IMG/VR virus record: IMGVR_UViG_3300044514_000040
From: a virus
DNA: 64,000 nt
Strand: one strand, 5' to 3'
Positions 59,135 to 64,000 of the stretch are shown here, in pieces (position 1 is the first letter of the stretch; each line of letters starts with the position of its first letter). Below the pieces are notes generated by a model. That model was not told the origin of the DNA, searched no databases, and worked only from the letters and a program-made list of their open reading frames with translations. The position numbers were made by a program, and so were the translations under genes.

Positions 59135-60303
59135 AGGACATGATTGACCACCTTCTCCGCACCGCCGTGTTGCGAGAGAACGCCGGCGCGCCGTACGCGG
59201 AACGGGAACGAGAGATTGTCACGGGAGCAATCCTGGAGGCGTACCGTGACATTCCAAAGCAGAAGGTCGATGGCTGGTCGTACTACCAGCGGCAGTTGCT
59301 TATCACGACGCACGCATCGCAAACGATAGGCACGGTCACCTACACGCACGCGACGCGCGAAGTGACGCTCGCCGGCGCGACATGGCCGGAGGACGCGAGA
59401 TACGGTGACGTCGTCATAGCCGGCGTGCGATACGAAGTCGATCAGCGCAAATCGTCGTCCGTCATCACGCTCCCGTCAAGCAATAACCCTGGCGCTAACA
59501 TCGCGGCCGGGACAGCCTACACGTGGTGTCGCGGCCGGTATCCGCTGGGCGGCAACTTCCGTATCAGCCAACTCTCAACGCAAAGCTGCTCGCCGCTGGC
59601 CTACGTGTATCCGACAAGCTGGGACACGTATCGCCAGAGCTGGTCCGGCGCGGGGACGCCACAGTGCTACACCATTCGTGGACATCGACAGTGGCCGGCG
59701 CAGATGGTCGTGGAGTTCTGGCCGCCGCCATCCACCGTACAGCGTTACGAAGCGAATGGTGAACTTGAGCCGCGCCCGATGAAGATGCGCGCCGGCGGGC
59801 CAGAGTACGTCGCCGGGACAGTGACGATAGCCGCGGGGAGCGATGAAGTGGTTGGCGACGGCACGGCGTTCACGCAGGATTTCATCGGCAGCGTGATGCG
59901 ACTTCCCGCGCCAGACCAAATTGCCAAGTTGCCGACTGGGCAAGTTGGCGCGAATCCATACCACCACGAGAAAATCGTGATTTCCGTCACGGACGGCACG
60001 CACCTGAAGCTCCACGAGACGGTCGCGGAAGACTACGAAGATTCAAAGTACACGCTGGGCGACCCAGTGGACGTAGAGCCGGGTTCGATGCAGACGTATT
60101 TCGAGCGGCTCTGCGAAGCACGGTATGCTATAATCGCACGGGACAAGGATGCCGAGGGGCGGCTCGACAACTCGCGAGAAGTGAGGCGATTGCACGCCTT
60201 GATGGAGGCGCAAGCGGCCGACAGCCGTGTCCGAGACACGATTATCGTGACGGATGAGCTGCAGCCCTGGATGTGTTACGGGATTTTTAGAAACGCTTGG
60301 TAG
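59116..60303 (+). CDS. Head-tail adaptor-like protein
   Basis: GRYPL, GTPQCY, EFWPPP pattern of adaptor proteins; GTVTI..GS..V.G.GT.F beta repeats. Confidence 0.6.
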   Translation: MAIATLKDMIDHLLRTAVLRENAGAPYAEREREIVTGAILEAYRDIPKQKVDGWSYYQRQLLITTHASQTIGTVTYTHATREVTLAGATWPEDARYGDVVIAGVRYEVDQRKSSSVITLPSSNNPGANIAAGTAYTWCRGRYPLGGNFRISQLSTQSCSPLAYVYPTSWDTYRQSWSGAGTPQCYTIRGHRQWPAQMVVEFWPPPSTVQRYEANGELEPRPMKMRAGGPEYVAGTVTIAAGSDEVVGDGTAFTQDFIGSVMRLPAPDQIAKLPTGQVGANPYHHEKIVISVTDGTHLKLHETVAEDYEDSKYTLGDPVDVEPGSMQTYFERLCEARYAIIARDKDAEGRLDNSREVRRLHALMEAQAADSRVRDTIIVTDELQPWMCYGIFRNAW

Positions 60304-60382
60304 TTGTGGTGAAACTGCCGTCGTTGAACCAAGAACTAAACCGCGCTCACTTGTGAGCACAAATTAGAAAGCAGAAACCGAC

Positions 60383-60583
60383 ATGAATGCTCTTTTGCTA
60401 CTCGCCGCAGCGTCTGCCGGAAACATCGTTCTGCAGGTGATCTTCTGGATTCTCCTGCTCCTGTGCGTGCTGGGTATCTTTGCCCCAGAAGGAAACCCGT
60501 GGGTTTTGCGCGGCCGCTGGGGGATTGTGCTCATTCTTATTGCGATTCTGGGTTTGGCGGTGTTTGGGAATCCGGTCAGTTAG
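60383..60583 (+). CDS. Small two-TM membrane protein
   Basis: Hydrophobic segments. Confidence 0.7.
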   Translation: MNALLLLAAASAGNIVLQVIFWILLLLCVLGIFAPEGNPWVLRGRWGIVLILIAILGLAVFGNPVS

Positions 60584-60621
60584 CACTCGCGAGTGGCGGA
60601 CGAAAGGACAACGGCTGATGG

Positions 60622-61092
60622 ATGTCTCAACAATCGGTCCAAGATTGGTGTCTCGAACAAATCCGCGACCAGATCGTGCGCCTGAGACTGCCGGGCGTCC
60701 GTGAAGCCGAAGTGCAAATCCGCAAGATGCCGTCGGATGACACGAAACGACCGATTCCAGGAATCACGGTTAGTCAAGAGAAAGAGATCGAAGGGACCGG
60801 GACATCCGGCAGAATGGAATGGGGGTATCCGGCGCTCGTCACGATCGTTAGAGGCACTGCTAGATCAAGCCGCGAAGGAATGCCGGCCATCAACGTGGCG
60901 AGGCAAGAGATCGTGGACGAATTTCACGAGCAACGCCTTGACGGGACGCCGCCGAACGGAGCGCTGAAGTTGAAATGCACGGTGGTGCCGTCAGACCCGT
61001 TGATTGTCGAACACTACATCCGTGACTCGGAAGACGTTTCACAATTGGTTATAATCGGGTGGTTTTGGCGGACACGCAAAAATCGCCGTTAA
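60622..61092 (+). CDS. Putative tail terminator/completion protein
   Basis: Size and position before the tube-like gene. Confidence 0.45.
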   Translation: MSQQSVQDWCLEQIRDQIVRLRLPGVREAEVQIRKMPSDDTKRPIPGITVSQEKEIEGTGTSGRMEWGYPALVTIVRGTARSSREGMPAINVARQEIVDEFHEQRLDGTPPNGALKLKCTVVPSDPLIVEHYIRDSEDVSQLVIIGWFWRTRKNRR

Positions 61093-61107
61093 CAAAGGGG
61101 CTTCAAA

Positions 61108-62058
61108 ATGCCTGTGGAGCAAGGACAGGGCTGGGCAACTCGCCTACTCCTAAAAGCCGGACAATCGCCGTACGACTGGACGACTGGGACAATCGAGCGC
61201 CACGACCATCTCGCGTTCGACGTGTACAAACACGGACGGCACTTGTACTACGACGTGATGTCGGGAACACGGCAGCAAATCGCCGAGCGCACGCGCATCG
61301 GCACGTCGCCTTGTTACGGTTGGTTTGGTGAAGCATGTTCCCCGCTCATACTGGATTACATACTCCCAAGAGTTCTCGGTGGCACAAAGACCGGCAACAC
61401 CATCGCGTTCGCCGAAGCGATTCCGTACTTCGGCATGCTGGAAGACACGGAAGTCACCGCATTTGAGCATCGAGATTTCATGGTCGATAAGTTCGTCCTG
61501 CGCGGCGGTGCGTACAAGCAAGGCGATGAATCCGAACCGGAAAAGCTGGAGATGCTGATTCACGCCATCGGTCGAGACATCGTGAAGGACGTGACGTTTC
61601 CGGCCAGCCCGCCCGCTTTGGCCGTGACTGGAAATTCGACTCCGTACTCGTTCACGGATATGTGTGACCAAGAAGGCGGCACGTTTCTGATTCTCGGCGA
61701 CGACAGGAAGATTTACGACTTCGACCTGATGATCGTCAACGCCGTGAACGCGACGTATCACCAATGCGTTACAGCGACTTCACTCCGGCCAACGGACTTC
61801 ATCGTGAAGCTGGATTTCACGACGGACTGGAACGACGCGAACGAAGATTTGTACGACATGCCGCTGCCCGGCGAGGCGGCCACGATCAAGTTTGTGAACG
61901 GCCCGTACAGCATTCAGTTCGACATCGGCGCGTTCCAATCTCCGATCCGTGGACCGTCCATCCGCGGTCGTCAACGGATCATCCTGGAGAAGACCGGCTT
62001 CGGACGGCGGCTTGGCACAACGCCTTCGATTGGCGCGGTTAACGATAGTAGTGTGTAA
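61108..62058 (+). CDS. Putative tail tube protein
   Basis: 316-aa acidic beta-rich protein in tail position. Confidence 0.5.
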   Translation: MPVEQGQGWATRLLLKAGQSPYDWTTGTIERHDHLAFDVYKHGRHLYYDVMSGTRQQIAERTRIGTSPCYGWFGEACSPLILDYILPRVLGGTKTGNTIAFAEAIPYFGMLEDTEVTAFEHRDFMVDKFVLRGGAYKQGDESEPEKLEMLIHAIGRDIVKDVTFPASPPALAVTGNSTPYSFTDMCDQEGGTFLILGDDRKIYDFDLMIVNAVNATYHQCVTATSLRPTDFIVKLDFTTDWNDANEDLYDMPLPGEAATIKFVNGPYSIQFDIGAFQSPIRGPSIRGRQRIILEKTGFGRRLGTTPSIGAVNDSSV

Positions 62059-62132
62059 GCGTTGAAATGACGCGGCCCGATGATATTAGCATCGGGCCGC
62101 AAACCACCGTCATCTCGTAACAGGAGAATGAC

Positions 62133-62424
62133 AATGGCGAAAGCGATTCTGGAAGCCACGCAGGACCAGCGTTCGTCAATTCCAGCGCCTGGTTCGGCGA
62201 TCATCGGGTACGAGTTAATGAGCACTCCGAAAGACATACGGGATATCGAAGTTGAAGACATGCTGTGCGATCACCTGAATCGAATATTTGCAGAATTTGA
62301 TAAGCGCGGCCCGGTGACCAAAGTTCGGATTAAGCAATCGCGCATAAACACTACTGCGCCGTACAGCCCATTTGGCGTGACGGTCACGAAAGTCACTGCG
62401 GAGCTTTGTACTCAGGAGGCTTAA
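62133..62424 (+). CDS. Hypothetical protein
   Basis: AGGAG RBS; start approximate. Confidence 0.55.
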
Positions 62425-62976
62425 TCAACTTCCGATCAACACATCGTATGGCCAATTGCTCAAACGTTGTGGAGTCACGTATTGCTTGGAGGATGTTATC
62501 GTGGCTGCCGGTGGCACCGATCCGAAAATGAATGCCGATCCAGGCGATGTCAGATGAATCGCGTCCGAAGGTTGTGGTGATGTCCACCTTGGCGCTGTCC
62601 AGGCCGGAAGCATCAAGAGCCTCGCGAATAGATGTGATGACCCGTTCTCGATCTTCAAATGTAGCCATGACTGCATCTCCAACGGTTAAGAAGTCTTCTT
62701 TGGCGGATCGGAAAGAATTCACTCAGGCTCCTGGTCCAAAAACAGCGCCCGATACTTCAGGCCCAGCGCGTCCGCCGTGCAAACCAATTTGGCCAGAGAA
62801 GACAATCCATTTTGCAAGAGGATCAAGAGAGTATTTTCGGCAAGGATTTGCACTTGCGCGTCTTGCGTGGCTAGAGTTTGTGTATCAATCACGAATTTCA
62901 CCCATTCCCGCGTTGGCATGGGGATGGCGCCTGGTATTGGAACTGGTGTTTGGAAGACGATCAGCACCGAGTGCAT
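62393..62976 (-). CDS. Two overlapping hypothetical genes (62719-62976, 62393-62722)
   Basis: 4-nt overlap, opposite strand, next to an attC-like site. Confidence 0.5.
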
Positions 62977-63028
62977 CAGAGGCTCCTTGTGTAGATGTTG
63001 ATATCGCGCGGTGGCTTGGACTCACACC

Positions 63029-63135
63029 GCCGAACGCTACGGATAACCGGGCGGCGGAATCAGAAAAGGATCACCCATGAGTGAAAAGCCAGAACCACAG
63101 AAAGGTCGCCGCTCCGGTTCATCCGTTTGTTCGGC
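63029..63135 (+). other. attC-like integron recombination site
   Basis: R'' GCCGAAC, L'' GGATAACCGG, L' CCGGTTCATCC with one extra base, R' GTTCGGC. Confidence 0.75.
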
Positions 63136-63417
63136 GCTATGTTGCGTCAAGGAAGTTTTGTGGATCGAACAGCATGAATTCCTCGGTTGCTGGGTCGATG
63201 GGATCTACGACGATTTTGAAGGGCAGGCTCTTCGATGATCTGCTTGGTGGTTTTGAGATGTAGCCGTTAAGATCGTTGCTTGTCGCCAATTCGACGAGCA
63301 GGCAGTCAAGCGAGTCTCGTTGTTTATAGAGCCTCGCGTTTTCGAGCGACGTGAAAATCGGCATCCAAAGATCTGTGCCGTTGCCGTTCGGGTTGAACCG
63401 CTTGTTATGTGGCTTTT

Positions 63418-63864
63418 ATGGATGCGGTCCACTTCAGTAGCGAGACGATTTACTGGGCAACGCCTCAGTGGCTGTTTGATTCATTGGACCGCGAATTCGG
63501 TTTCACGCTGGATGTGTGCGCGACGCCGGAGAACGCCAAGTGCAAGGTGTTTTTCACCGAAGCGGACAATGCCCTGAACAAAGACTGGGGCGACAACGTG
63601 TGCTGGATGAACCCGCCATACGGGGACGAGATTGCGGCCTTCATGTGCAAGGCACATCGGGCCGCGAACAATGGGGCGACTGTCGTGTGCCTTGTGCCTT
63701 CGAGAACAGATACGGCTTGGTGGCACAAGCACGCGATGAAGCATGAGATTCGTTTTCTTCGAGGACGGTTGAAGTTTGGGGACGCGGAGAACTCGGCTCC
63801 GTTTCCGAGTGCGGTTGTGGTGATGAGGCCGGACACGTTTCGGCTCCGAGGGTTTGCCACATAA
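63418..63864 (+). CDS. Phage N6-adenine DNA methyltransferase (Dam-like) in a gene cassette
   Basis: WATP, FTLDVCA, WMNPPYG, VCLVPSRTDT.WW, RGRLKF, APFPS. Confidence 0.92.
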   Translation: MDAVHFSSETIYWATPQWLFDSLDREFGFTLDVCATPENAKCKVFFTEADNALNKDWGDNVCWMNPPYGDEIAAFMCKAHRAANNGATVVCLVPSRTDTAWWHKHAMKHEIRFLRGRLKFGDAENSAPFPSAVVVMRPDTFRLRGFAT

Positions 63865-63948
63865 CGACCAAGGTTAACCCGGCGGCGCGGGAGACCTTCA
63901 ATTTGCAAACACGCCCGAACGCCGTTCGGGTTGAACCGCTTGTTGGGC
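63859..63948 (+). other. attC-like site closing the methylase cassette; a half site lies at 63383-63410
   Basis: R'' ACATAAC (contains the stop codon) is complementary to GTTATGT at 63404; 24 bp identical at 63383 and 63921. Confidence 0.8.
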
Positions 63949-64000
63949 CTGATGATGGATGCGCTCGCGGCACGGAACCGAGAACTGACAGGCGGGCAAT

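Overview
A 64-kb segment of a GC-rich tailed phage or prophage genome. A Planctomycetota-like host is an inference only. Layout: (i) 1-16 kb, an early/accessory region with IS remnants, many small ORFs, a MoxR-type AAA plus VWA/metallopeptidase pair, a DUF1874 (AcrIII-1-like) gene, a retron-type reverse transcriptase and an IsrB element; (ii) 15-43 kb, replication/recombination genes (clamp-loader-like AAA+, beta clamp, CsrA, double-domain serine recombinase, RecE-like exonuclease, ERF, ParB, dCMP deaminase, intein-containing SF2 helicase, RusA-like, dead TnpB); (iii) 43.5-62 kb, virion genes (two large minus-strand proteins, terminase, portal, adaptor, tail genes); (iv) attC-like cassettes carrying a Dam-type methylase at the right end. 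The best candidate for a new system is the RT (10508-11464). It is preceded by about 600 nt of non-coding DNA with four long hairpins of unrelated sequence at roughly 150-170 nt spacing, two copies of a conserved covarying leader motif, and a retron-like a1/a2 inverted repeat. No recognisable toxin effector is nearby. Other notable signals: an HNH gene overprinted out of frame inside an intein, an apparently dead paralog of the terminase nuclease domain, stand-alone TnpB omegaRNA mini-elements, a thrice-repeated hairpin with an invariant CCTGCCCC loop, a six-copy intergenic motif, and an 85-bp inverted copy of the terminase leader. All calls come from motif reading by eye; no searches or folding programs were run.
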